Source: a virus (lineage: Duplodnaviria; Caudoviricetes). Taken from it: DNA of 64,000 nucleotides. The translations under genes were made by a program, and so were the position numbers. Positions 45,168 to 54,921 of the stretch are shown here, one piece after another (position 1 is the stretch's first letter; every line of letters begins with the position of its first letter). The notes beneath the pieces are model-generated. The model saw only the letters and a list, made by a program, of their open reading frames with translations, searched no databases and was not told the DNA's origin. The stretch lies in IMG/VR virus record IMGVR_UViG_3300028048_000042. One strand, written 5' to 3'.

Positions 45168-46247
45168 ATGATTAAATATTTTTCAAATAAGGTTGATTGG
45201 CTTAGTGTAAGACGTAATGTTATTAAATGGGTTGAAGAAAATCTTGATAGCAATGCTTTTTTACATGGCAAAGCGTCAAGAGAATTTGCAGATAGAATTA
45301 AAAACTTTATCGGTAGTAAATATTGTGTTTTGACGAAATCAGGCACTCAGGCTTTAGCTGTAGCATTAAAAAGTTGTGGCGTTGGACAAGGTGACTATGT
45401 TATTACAACTCCATTTACTTTCATTGCTACAATTAATGCAATTAAATTGGTTGGAGCAGAACCAATCTTTGTAGATATTAAAGAAGATACTTTTAATATT
45501 GATGAAAATAAGATTGAGGAAAAAATTACTGATAAAGTAAAGGCAATTATGCCTGTGGATATTTTTGGTAATCCTTGCAATTATGATGCAATTTTGGCTA
45601 TTGCAAAGAAGCATAATCTGAAAGTTATTGATGATATGTGTCAGGCAATGACAGCAGAATATAATGGTAAAAAGTTAGGTAGTTTTTGTGATGCTTCATG
45701 TGTATCATTCTATCCAACTAAACCTTTTGGTGGGTTTGGCGAAGGTGGAGCAATATTCACCAATGATGATGAAATCTATAAAATGGCAAATTCTTATTTA
45801 GACCACGGTTCAGATGGTAATGCTAATTGCGTAATTGATGGAACAAATGGCGCATTTGATATGATACATGGTGTTTTCTTAAATGAAAAAGCAAAAATGA
45901 TGTTACCACAAGTATTGAAAAAGAGAAATGAATTAGCCCAAATTTATCATCAAATGGAAGGTGTAACTTGGCAAAAACAAGAACCAAATGCTGTAAGTGC
46001 TTGGTGTAGAATGCAGGGTGCTTTCGATTGCGAAGAAAATTTTGAATTAGCAAAGACTATATTTGAATTTGATGATTGTTATTCAAGAGATATTTGTGAT
46101 AATACTTTATATGCTCAATATCGAGAAGAAAATCCTGTATCTGCAAAAATCGCACATACATATGTTAGTTTTCCTATGTATACCTATCTTGCTGTCAAAG
46201 ATTTAAAAGATGCAGTGGAAAAATTTAACTCTTTGAGAAAAAAATAA
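45168..46247 (+). CDS. DegT/DnrJ/EryC1/StrS family PLP-dependent sugar aminotransferase
   Basis: SGTQAL, TPFTFIAT, GAEPIFVD, DDMCQA and SFYPTKPFGGFGEGG (PLP lysine) motifs. Confidence 0.93.
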   Translation: MIKYFSNKVDWLSVRRNVIKWVEENLDSNAFLHGKASREFADRIKNFIGSKYCVLTKSGTQALAVALKSCGVGQGDYVITTPFTFIATINAIKLVGAEPIFVDIKEDTFNIDENKIEEKITDKVKAIMPVDIFGNPCNYDAILAIAKKHNLKVIDDMCQAMTAEYNGKKLGSFCDASCVSFYPTKPFGGFGEGGAIFTNDDEIYKMANSYLDHGSDGNANCVIDGTNGAFDMIHGVFLNEKAKMMLPQVLKKRNELAQIYHQMEGVTWQKQEPNAVSAWCRMQGAFDCEENFELAKTIFEFDDCYSRDICDNTLYAQYREENPVSAKIAHTYVSFPMYTYLAVKDLKDAVEKFNSLRKK

Positions 46248-46523
46248 AAATTTTTAAAAATACGCAAATATTTATTAATTTTTTGCGTATTTTTAATTTA
46301 GAAAGCGTTAAGAAAAACGTTCAAAAAAAATGTGCGTAGGTGTAATAAACGACATTTTTGAGTGTATTTTTTTAATGTCAAAGAAGAAAAAAGAAAGTGT
46401 CAGTCAGACAAAACAACTTATTATAATTTATTAACGTTTACAGCAATTATCACGTTTTGTGGGCTACACTTCTTATAATACAAAAAATTTAGTTTAAAGA
46501 AAATTATGGAGGTGTATCTTCTA

Positions 46524-47030
46524 ATGGCAGGTGGAAATTTTATTTTTAAGCCAACTGCGGATTCTACAGAGTATGTCCGTGCTGCTTATGAAGGTGTAAT
46601 TAATGGTCTTTATGACGTAAATGTTGCAAAGGCAAAAGAAGTTAAAGGCGAACTCGCAGGTAAATTTGCTGCAATCGCTGCTGATGGTACTGTAACTCTT
46701 GCAGGTGATAAGGGTAAAGGTGCTGTTGGTCTTATTCGTGAAGATTTGATTGATATGGAAAACGCTTCTGCTAAAGCATCATTCTATATGCTTGGCATGG
46801 GCGGTGAATATCACGTTTCTGCAAAACGTCTTGGTGCAGATATTTCTACTTTCAAAGTTGGTGAGGAAATCACTACAAATGCTGACGGTGCTATTGTTCC
46901 TGCAGCTGCAGGCGATAAGGTACTTGGCACTGTGGTTTCTGTTGGTGAGTTCCGTATGGGTAATATGAAGGAATGGGCAGGCACAGAAGCTAACGGCGGT
47001 CTTTTCCTTGGTTTCATTATGCATGTTTAA
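46524..47030 (+). CDS. capsid decoration/minor head protein
   Basis: immediately upstream of MCP; Ala/Gly-rich; ggagg SD. Confidence 0.65.
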   Translation: MAGGNFIFKPTADSTEYVRAAYEGVINGLYDVNVAKAKEVKGELAGKFAAIAADGTVTLAGDKGKGAVGLIREDLIDMENASAKASFYMLGMGGEYHVSAKRLGADISTFKVGEEITTNADGAIVPAAAGDKVLGTVVSVGEFRMGNMKEWAGTEANGGLFLGFIMHV

Positions 47031-47052
47031 TTAGTAGGAGGTAAAAAGAATT

Positions 47053-47898
47053 ATGGCTATGACTCAAGAAGAACAGGAATTCCTTATCTCCGAAGCATTG
47101 GAGACAAGTGAAGGTCGTGCGGCATTGGCTTCCTCAATGGCTAACCCAATCCGTACATCATTGGATTATCAGGGTATCGCTCGTAAATTGCTCGTAGTAG
47201 ATGCTCTCCCACAGGGTGCTCTCCCTGTTTATGACCGTGATGTTGATGCGAAAGCATTCATCATCTCTAAGCGTGGTCAAGCTCCTGACCAGCTCATTGA
47301 AGGCGAACGTGTTCAGGTTCCAACCTTTGAGATTGTTTCTCACCCACTCGTTCGTTTCTCTCAGATTAAGGAGCGTCGTTTCAACATCATTGACCGTGCA
47401 CAGCAGCGTGCTAAGTCTGATATTATGGCTGTTGAGGATGAAACTGTATTCTCCCTTATCGACAGTGCAGCTTCTGCTGTTAATACTGTAACGGTTTCTA
47501 AAGGTGCTCTTACTCGTGATGCTCTTACAACTGCTTTTAAAGAAGTTGAAAAGCATGACCTCCCTGTTACAAAGATTGTTATGAACGCTCAGGCTTTTGC
47601 TGACATCCGTAAATGGGGTCAGAATGAGTTTGACCCTGTTACTCAGCACGAAGTTCTTCAGACTGGTAACTTCGGTCATCTTTGGACAGCAGAAATTCTT
47701 ATTTCTAAGAAAGTTCCTGCAAATACAGTCTATGTTATGTCCGACCCTGAGTTCGTAGGCGTTATGCCTGTTCGTCAGGATATTCAGGTAATTCCTGCTG
47801 ACGAGCCTGAAAAACTTCGTGTAGGTTGGGTTGTATACGAGGAAATCGGTATGTCTGTACTCAATGCACAGGCAGTTGCTAAGATTGAAATTCAGTAA
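47053..47898 (+). CDS. major capsid protein (HK97 fold)
   Basis: LASSMANPIR..LDYQGIARK.LVVD.LPQGALPVYDRD signature; highly biased codon usage; strong aggagg SD; terminator follows. Confidence 0.88.
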   Translation: MAMTQEEQEFLISEALETSEGRAALASSMANPIRTSLDYQGIARKLLVVDALPQGALPVYDRDVDAKAFIISKRGQAPDQLIEGERVQVPTFEIVSHPLVRFSQIKERRFNIIDRAQQRAKSDIMAVEDETVFSLIDSAASAVNTVTVSKGALTRDALTTAFKEVEKHDLPVTKIVMNAQAFADIRKWGQNEFDPVTQHEVLQTGNFGHLWTAEILISKKVPANTVYVMSDPEFVGVMPVRQDIQVIPADEPEKLRVGWVVYEEIGMSVLNAQAVAKIEIQ

Positions 47899-47996
47899 TT
47901 GATTTCTATATAAAATAAAAAAAAGACTAGAAATGTTTCTAGTCTTTTTTTTTGTCGTTTCTATATATAATATGTGTAAAAAAAAGGAAGATAAAC

Positions 47997-49259
47997 ATGG
48001 GAAAAAGTATATGCGTTGTCGGTTGTGGATATGTTGGTTTGCAATTGGCATTAGCTTTTCAAAAGCACATTCAGGTATATTGTGTAGATATTAACGAAGC
48101 AAGGATTGAAGCTTTCAAAAAAGGCATTGATAATACAGGTACAGTAGCTTTTTGTAATGCAGAAGAAGAATTTAAAAATATTAAATTTGAAACGGATATT
48201 AAGGCTGTGCCAACAAATATTGATACATTTATTGTATGTGTGCCAACTCCTGTTGATGAAACACATACGCCAAATTTAACTGCTACAAAAAGTGCTTCAA
48301 GTAGTGTGGCGAATGTCTTAAAAAAAGGTGATTTGGTTGTATTTGAATCGACAGTAGCTCCATTTACAACTGAAAAGATTTGTGTTCCTATTTTGGAAAA
48401 AGAATCAGGATTAAAATGTGGTGATGATTTTTGTGTAGGGTATTCACCTGAACGTTTACAACCTGGCACAAAAGGTAAAGGAATTTTGGAGATTGTAAAA
48501 CTTGTATCAGGTTACGATAAAACATCATTAGAACGAGTGTATAAGTTGTATAATACTATTTTGCCTGATGATATGTTGTGTTGTTGCAATACAATGGCTG
48601 AAGCAGAATTGTCAAAAATAATGGAGAACGTTAATCGTGATGTAAATATTGCATTAATGAATTATTTTAAGTTGGTTTGCGATAGATACGGTATTGATTA
48701 TGAAAATGTATTTAATGCCGCCGCCACAAAATTCAATTTTAATCAAAATGTTACGTATGGTATGGTTGGTGGACATTGTATTGGTGTTGACCCATATTAT
48801 TTAATTGATTTTTGTCAGAAAGACAAAGACTTTTATGATGAACAAAAAGACATTTTGCTAACTGCAAGAAGAATTAATGAATATATGCCTTATTATTTAG
48901 CAAAGAAAGTTCACAAAGCACTTGGCGAAACAGGTGAAGGAAAAGTAACAATTGTTGGTTTTACATTTAAAGAGTATTGCAGTGATACACGCAATACTAA
49001 AGCATATGATTTATATAAACACTTGCTTGATTTCGGATATGATGTTGCTATTTATGACCCTAAAGCAGATGCAACCGAAGCAAAAATTTTGTATAATGTT
49101 GATATTTTGCAAGAAGAAATGCCGAATAACAATGATTGCATTGTATTTACTTTGAATGATATTGAATTAGTTGATTTTGATGTAGATAAAAAATTGGCTA
49201 ATGGTGGAGTAATTGTTGATTTTAAAAATGTTTTAACAAAGAAAAAAAGTATTAATTAA
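47997..49259 (+). CDS. UDP-N-acetylhexosamine 6-dehydrogenase (WbpO/WecC/TviB family)
   Basis: GCGYVG Rossmann motif, CVPTP, ESTV, YSPER, AELSK..EN and GGHCIGVDPYYL. Confidence 0.93.
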   Translation: MGKSICVVGCGYVGLQLALAFQKHIQVYCVDINEARIEAFKKGIDNTGTVAFCNAEEEFKNIKFETDIKAVPTNIDTFIVCVPTPVDETHTPNLTATKSASSSVANVLKKGDLVVFESTVAPFTTEKICVPILEKESGLKCGDDFCVGYSPERLQPGTKGKGILEIVKLVSGYDKTSLERVYKLYNTILPDDMLCCCNTMAEAELSKIMENVNRDVNIALMNYFKLVCDRYGIDYENVFNAAATKFNFNQNVTYGMVGGHCIGVDPYYLIDFCQKDKDFYDEQKDILLTARRINEYMPYYLAKKVHKALGETGEGKVTIVGFTFKEYCSDTRNTKAYDLYKHLLDFGYDVAIYDPKADATEAKILYNVDILQEEMPNNNDCIVFTLNDIELVDFDVDKKLANGGVIVDFKNVLTKKKSIN

Positions 49260-49321
49260 TATCTCTGAGAAAATATGAATAGCTAAGAACAATCTGTATA
49301 TTTAATATATAGAAAAATTTA

Positions 49322-49876
49322 ATGGTGGTGAATCAAATGCCAATTATATTGCAATCCTCTGAGGACAGCCTGATAACCCCTCTGAGCGATTCAGAGAGGG
49401 ATTTGGTACATAAGTTAAGGGCAATGCTAAAAGACGTTCCTGACGAGCAATTTCGCAGTTTAAATACGCTTGTAGAAAAACAAAGAGGGCAGCGTTGGTC
49501 AGATGAATTATTGCTTGTGTATTTGCAAACAGCAATTGCAGATATAAATGCAGAACCACCTTTCACAGCCTATACATTAACAGGTGTTCCTGTTAGTTGG
49601 CATGGCTGTATTCTTACAGGTGCTTTCATTATGACTCTTATGGGTGAAGCAGTTGTACAGAATGGTGAATCATTTAGTTATTCTGACAATGGTATATCTT
49701 TGAATATCAATCAAGCGGCAGGTTACTTATCCATTGCACAAGCAATGCTTAGTGCATATGCAACTCAGAAGAAAAATCTTAAAACAGCGATTCGTCCTCA
49801 TGCAGCAGGTATTATTGGAAGTCCTGCTCCTGTTAGAATTAGGTCTTATGCACCAAGAATGTGGGTATATCGCTAA
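49322..49876 (+). CDS. putative neck/head-tail adaptor protein
   Basis: position after MCP; WSDE.L...L..A..DIN..PP.T and FSYSDNGISL motifs. Confidence 0.55.
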   Translation: MVVNQMPIILQSSEDSLITPLSDSERDLVHKLRAMLKDVPDEQFRSLNTLVEKQRGQRWSDELLLVYLQTAIADINAEPPFTAYTLTGVPVSWHGCILTGAFIMTLMGEAVVQNGESFSYSDNGISLNINQAAGYLSIAQAMLSAYATQKKNLKTAIRPHAAGIIGSPAPVRIRSYAPRMWVYR

Positions 49877-49936
49877 ATTTTTTACAAAAGACATGATTTA
49901 TTTCATGTCTTTTTTTATACTTTATTTAGAAAGGAT

Positions 49937-50794
49937 TTGATTTGTATGGTTCAAGTGTTGATTTATTATCCTTATTTAGATGGGACTTCAACATCTTTAA
50001 TTGATACTTATTATAATTTGAAAAGTTTTGGTGTAGATATTGAATGTTACGTGGCGGTAGATACTTCAGATATGAAACGTAATCTTGAATATATTCAAAC
50101 ATTGAAAAAGAGTGCGCCGAAAGATTTTTATTATAAAACTATACCTTTAAAAGAAATTTATAATAAAAATTTTGATAATTTGATTATGTCTTTTGGTATA
50201 TTCAGATTTGTTGATAAATTACCAACCAATTATAATCATTTATTTTTATTAGATGCAGGTAGAGTTGCATATGACCATTTTGTAGGAAAATCACAATGTG
50301 CAAATTATGTAAAAAAAATGCAAAATGTCAGTATTTATGGTGGAAAAGCAAATGGTAATTTTTTAAATATTGATAATTATAAAATTTGGTATCACAAATT
50401 TAGTAAGGAACGTTTTGAAGTATTGAAGCATTTACCTCAAAATGAAAATATTACAACAACACAAGACAGAGAAAAGACAGGGAACATTAAATATGATTAT
50501 TTGCTGACTAGCGAATATCATTATAATCGTTATAAACGTTGGGGAGAATTTGTCGGTGGTTATTGGGAAAATATTGGTAAAATGGTTTTTGAATTCCCTG
50601 CTTTAGGCAAAAAGGTTTTTTATTCTCCAAAAAATAAAAATTGTGATGATGGATTAACGGAATATTTGGCTTTGTTTGGAATAAATGATGAAGTAGAACA
50701 AGAAATAAAAATTTCTGAAGAACAATTGTTTAAAGTTTTGGGAATGCATGAAGATGACGTTTTGTTAAACGATATAAGGAATTACGAAAAATGA
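49937..50794 (+). CDS. hypothetical protein, possibly glycosyltransferase-like (GT-B)
   Basis: G-T-S-T-S-L N-terminal loop and ENIGK..FEF..LGKKV C-terminal motif reminiscent of the GT-B E-x7-E region. Confidence 0.4.
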   Translation: MICMVQVLIYYPYLDGTSTSLIDTYYNLKSFGVDIECYVAVDTSDMKRNLEYIQTLKKSAPKDFYYKTIPLKEIYNKNFDNLIMSFGIFRFVDKLPTNYNHLFLLDAGRVAYDHFVGKSQCANYVKKMQNVSIYGGKANGNFLNIDNYKIWYHKFSKERFEVLKHLPQNENITTTQDREKTGNIKYDYLLTSEYHYNRYKRWGEFVGGYWENIGKMVFEFPALGKKVFYSPKNKNCDDGLTEYLALFGINDEVEQEIKISEEQLFKVLGMHEDDVLLNDIRNYEK

Positions 50795-51228
50795 TTGATA
50801 GTGTAAGGTTAAAAACAAGAGTTCAGCGAGTGATGGATAAAATTTTTGAATTCGCTGATGGAAAAGATATAACATTCTATTCTTATAAAGGGAAGTATTT
50901 TATTCCTTTGAAAGATTTTTGTGATGGTTTGGTAGACTCTTTTGAGGTTGACAAAACAAACGTAAAACATATTGTTTATTTTAAGAATTATAAAAAACGT
51001 GATGCATGTGTAATGTTTACATTGCTTTTAAATGATGAACAGATTAATGATGTGAATTATCAATATGATAACATGAGTAATTACGTTAGTAGTTCAAATA
51101 ATAATGTGGATGCTTTGAAAATTGTTTTAAATTGTCAATATACAAATTATTCAGAGTTTTTAAAAATAATTTTATCTATGATAGGTGACTATTTGAAATT
51201 GAAAAATAATAATGGAAGGGGCTTCTAA
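50791..51228 (+). CDS. hypothetical protein
   Basis: 145 aa, coupled to upstream gene. Confidence 0.6.
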   Translation: MIDSVRLKTRVQRVMDKIFEFADGKDITFYSYKGKYFIPLKDFCDGLVDSFEVDKTNVKHIVYFKNYKKRDACVMFTLLLNDEQINDVNYQYDNMSNYVSSSNNNVDALKIVLNCQYTNYSEFLKIILSMIGDYLKLKNNNGRGF

Positions 51229-51229
51229 T

Positions 51230-51415
51230 ATGGAAACTGCAATAGCTTTACTTTTAGTTTTTGCTGTTTTTGTAACAGCAGTAAACTTTTTGGTTGAAGT
51301 GGTTATGCCGATTGCAATTTTTGTTTTTCTCTTTTATGCAATTGGTGGAGTTGATTATATTCGAGAATTGATTAAATATTGCAAAGCAAGGTGGGGTTAT
51401 AAATGGAAAGATTAA
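51230..51415 (+). CDS. small membrane protein
   Basis: hydrophobic 61-aa ORF. Confidence 0.55.
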   Translation: METAIALLLVFAVFVTAVNFLVEVVMPIAIFVFLFYAIGGVDYIRELIKYCKARWGYKWKD

Positions 51416-52569
51416 AAAAAGTATTGGCAGAGGAAGAAACAGAAAACGAAGAGCAAGAAATTGTTTGTGAAGATTTGAATGATATTAAACAGTATGTTGA
51501 AGATATTGATGGCTACGCATGTTCACCATATGTATTTACAGAATCAGGAATGGAAGAATACCTTGAATCTTTATTTCCTATTGATGTATCTGAAATATAT
51601 GATGATGGTGCGGAAACTTTTATTGAAAAATTAGAAGAATATACTTTTGAAGATTATTGTAATGATATTGATACCGAATCATTGAAAAGTGAATATGAAG
51701 ATAATTGGGACAGTTATGTTGCTGATGATGATTTGAATTATGATGTGTATTCGTTTGATTGGGACAATATCACAAGTGATTTGTGGGAACTTGCTTCAGA
51801 AAATGACGAGTTGGAAGATTTGTATGATTCTGTTGTTGAAAATTATATAGCAAAAGTTCCAAACACCGATTCTTCTGAACGTGTTGATGATGACGAGGAT
51901 AATTATGAGGTAAAATCTCTTGATGAAGTTGCTGAATCTGATGATAAAGTTGGTGATGTTTTCTCTTTGGAAGATTCAATTGATTATGATACAAGAGATA
52001 ATGCGTTCATTTATATTGATGGAGAGATTGTTGAAAGTAATAACGGAGAAACACATTCGCAATTATTACAGAGATATTTAGAAGAGAATGATAAAAATGT
52101 TCCTCAAGATTTGCGTGACCGTGACCAATATCGCGCTTCACGACCAAGTGTTAAGCAGACAAAAAAAATGACAAATGCAGATGATGTAGCATTTGGTCAT
52201 ATTGTTGATGATTGTGCTTTTATTGAGGTTATTTCAGGCGGTGCTACGATTGATGATGTCGCAAATGCTTGTAAAAAAGACTATTCAAAAGTATATCAAT
52301 ATGACGGAGATAATATCAAACGTGTAGCTAGTAGTAAGAAAATGGAAGATGTAATTCGTGGATTTGGTTTTCGTCCATTTGTTGTAGAAAATTTAGGTAC
52401 AGCATTAATGGGTAAGTACAGCATGATTACTATGGAAAATGGCTATCCACGTATTGATGTGGCTTTAAATGCTGACGTTGAAAATATTGACCAAGAAGAA
52501 TTTGATGATGAATTTGCAAAAGCTCTTATGCTTTGTAAGACATTGGGTAAATTGAAGTTGTATAAATGA
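51403..52569 (+). CDS. putative internal head protein (MERL leader, acidic domain, THS/AFGH domain)
   Basis: paralogous domain ending in KRVAS followed by an extra domain. Confidence 0.6.
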   Translation: MERLKKVLAEEETENEEQEIVCEDLNDIKQYVEDIDGYACSPYVFTESGMEEYLESLFPIDVSEIYDDGAETFIEKLEEYTFEDYCNDIDTESLKSEYEDNWDSYVADDDLNYDVYSFDWDNITSDLWELASENDELEDLYDSVVENYIAKVPNTDSSERVDDDEDNYEVKSLDEVAESDDKVGDVFSLEDSIDYDTRDNAFIYIDGEIVESNNGETHSQLLQRYLEENDKNVPQDLRDRDQYRASRPSVKQTKKMTNADDVAFGHIVDDCAFIEVISGGATIDDVANACKKDYSKVYQYDGDNIKRVASSKKMEDVIRGFGFRPFVVENLGTALMGKYSMITMENGYPRIDVALNADVENIDQEEFDDEFAKALMLCKTLGKLKLYK

Positions 52570-52648
52570 ACAAGGGAGCTAGGTACAAAAAGTGCCTAGC
52601 TTTGCTATAATATATAATAAAAGAAAATTTGAAATGAAGTGATATAAG

Positions 52649-53821
52649 ATGAAAAGACTTGCTAGTACAGAATTGACAGTTGTACACAGTCGTGAAGATA
52701 TTCCATCAACGGAAATGAAAAGTCTTTTTCTTGCAGGCCCTACTCCAAGAAAAAAGCATAATCTTGAATGGCGTTCGGAAGCAATTAAAATTCTTAAAGA
52801 ACTAGGCTATAATGGTATTGTATATACACCAACTGAACGTAAAGGTGAATTTGACCGTAATGTTCTGAAAGAGCAGTGTGCATGGGAATACAAGACAATG
52901 ATGGCTTGTGATGCTATTGTTTTTTGGATTCCTCGACAAAAACGACAAGATTTTGAAATGATTGCATTAACTACTAATGTGGAATTTGGTCGTTTCTTTG
53001 AGTCAAATAAAATGTTCTGTGGTGCTCCTAATGACGCAAAATCAATCGAATATTTGAAAATTATTTCTGAAAATAGATATGAATGGACAAATACTTTGCG
53101 AGATACACTTAAACGAGCTGTAGATTATCTTGGTGAAGGTGTATATCGTGAGGGAGCAGAGTGTTTAGTTCCTAAACATATTTTTGAATCTGCTCAATTT
53201 CAAAATTGGTATAAATCTCATAAGCAGAATGGAAATCAATTAACTGATTTTAAGACTTTGTTTGAATTCATTGCTCCTTATTCAAAGAAAATGTTTATGA
53301 CGATTTTTAAACCTGATGTGTTCATTGAAAAAGAAAATCGCACAAAAAATAATGAATTTGTAGTTGCAAGAACAGATGTATCATATATCTGTGCTTACCA
53401 TAAGACCAAAAAGGAAACTAAAATTCTTTTATGTGAAGAATTTAGAAGTCCTGTTGTAAATGATGATTCAATGGTTTATGAACTTGTGGGCGGTAGTAGT
53501 GATAATCCAAATGACGATGAATTGCAAGTTGCCGCAAATGAGTTTGAAGAAGAAACAGGCGTGAAATTAAAAAAGAGCAGATTCAAGAAGGTTGATATTA
53601 AACAGTCTGCAGCAACGCTTTGCTCTCATAGGATTACACTTTACTCTGTTGAATTAACGGATGAAGAAATTAAACATTTTGAGGAAGATAAAGATATTCA
53701 CGGAGTGACGGAAGCAACAGAACAGATTCATCTTCATGTCATGACTTTGGAAGATGCATTAAAGAAAGTAGATTGGACAAACGCAGGTATGATTTTTGCC
53801 GCAATGAAAGGAAAAGAATGA
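52649..53821 (+). CDS. nucleoside 2-deoxyribosyltransferase-like / Nudix hydrolase fusion
   Basis: LFLAGPTPR..WR, Q..WE, D.IVFWIPR, TT.VEFG (NDT-like); EEFRSPV..YELVGG...AANEFEEETG (Nudix box). Confidence 0.85.
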   Translation: MKRLASTELTVVHSREDIPSTEMKSLFLAGPTPRKKHNLEWRSEAIKILKELGYNGIVYTPTERKGEFDRNVLKEQCAWEYKTMMACDAIVFWIPRQKRQDFEMIALTTNVEFGRFFESNKMFCGAPNDAKSIEYLKIISENRYEWTNTLRDTLKRAVDYLGEGVYREGAECLVPKHIFESAQFQNWYKSHKQNGNQLTDFKTLFEFIAPYSKKMFMTIFKPDVFIEKENRTKNNEFVVARTDVSYICAYHKTKKETKILLCEEFRSPVVNDDSMVYELVGGSSDNPNDDELQVAANEFEEETGVKLKKSRFKKVDIKQSAATLCSHRITLYSVELTDEEIKHFEEDKDIHGVTEATEQIHLHVMTLEDALKKVDWTNAGMIFAAMKGKE

Positions 53822-54921
53822 GTAATTATTTAAGAAAAGACATTTCTACAATTTTTGTTATGTTGGGTCATGAATGTAATTTACAATGTAAATATTGTTT
53901 GCAACATGACGTAGTAAATATTGCTTTGGATAAGCAGGTTAATCCTGATATTTATAATTTTATTTGTGAAACAGCTCGTAATCAGTCAACGCCGTTAGGA
54001 ATTCAGTTCTATGGTGGTGAACCATTAGTATTTTGGAATAAAATTGTGGAAATTGTAACAGAATTGGAAAGTAGAAATACAGGTAATAATATTTATTTCT
54101 CTATGATTACAAACGGTAAGTTGTTTGATGAAGAAAAGGTAAATTTTGTTAATGAACACAATATTGGTGTTTGCATTAGTTGGGATGGTAGAAATTCTAA
54201 CATTACACGAGGATATAATGTGTTTGAAACAAATAAAGAAAACATTTTTAAGATTAAAAACTTTTCCATATCAGGTGTAATGTCTTCTTATAATTATATT
54301 GGTGATTATTTGGAAGATGCAATTAATTTGAATCTTGATTACGTTAAAAATTATAATGGGCATACCATTCATGTAAACGTAGATGATTTGCTTGATATTA
54401 ATCTTCCAAATCCTGATTTAAAAGACTTTGATTATAATAAAGCATATGAACAAATGGAAGCATTATGCGATGAATATTATAATTATGTAAAGAATGGCGA
54501 ACGGTTAGAAGTAATTAAGGTTGAATATTTTGAAAGAAAAATCAATCAAATTCGAGGTGCAATTACTAGCAAACATTATCAACCATTGAGAGATAGATGT
54601 GGTAATGGTTGTGAAGTTATCAATATGGATTTGAATGGCAATCTGTACAAATGTCATAATACAGATGCTAAAGTCGGTACAATTTATGACAATGGATTTG
54701 ATGTTTTAAAACGAGTTTTTGATTTGGATATGGTAAATCATACAGCAGAAAAGTGCAATGAATGTCCTGTACAAATTATGTGTATGAATGGTTGTCCATT
54801 AGTAAAAGAAGCACCAAGGGAAGAGTTCTACTGCGCCATGATTAATATTATGAATTATCCTATAATGAAATTGGTTACTAGGTTGGGTGACGGAGTTGAA
54901 CGGAAAGATAACGAAAACTAA
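53818..54921 (+). CDS. radical SAM/SPASM domain peptide maturase
   Basis: CNLQCKYC, FYGGEP, ITNG and ISWDG motifs; SPASM CG.G...G.LY.CH...C..C....C..GC....C. Confidence 0.9.
   Translation: MSNYLRKDISTIFVMLGHECNLQCKYCLQHDVVNIALDKQVNPDIYNFICETARNQSTPLGIQFYGGEPLVFWNKIVEIVTELESRNTGNNIYFSMITNGKLFDEEKVNFVNEHNIGVCISWDGRNSNITRGYNVFETNKENIFKIKNFSISGVMSSYNYIGDYLEDAINLNLDYVKNYNGHTIHVNVDDLLDINLPNPDLKDFDYNKAYEQMEALCDEYYNYVKNGERLEVIKVEYFERKINQIRGAITSKHYQPLRDRCGNGCEVINMDLNGNLYKCHNTDAKVGTIYDNGFDVLKRVFDLDMVNHTAEKCNECPVQIMCMNGCPLVKEAPREEFYCAMINIMNYPIMKLVTRLGDGVERKDNEN

Noticed and set aside
46300-46520. tRNA or known ncRNA in the long capsid-operon leader and other intergenic gaps
   Set aside because: No cloverleaf or T-loop (GTTCGA) context recognised; only a weak hairpin.
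47053-47898. Encapsulin shell protein
   Set aside because: Portal, prohead protease, terminase and decoration genes show it is a phage major capsid protein.
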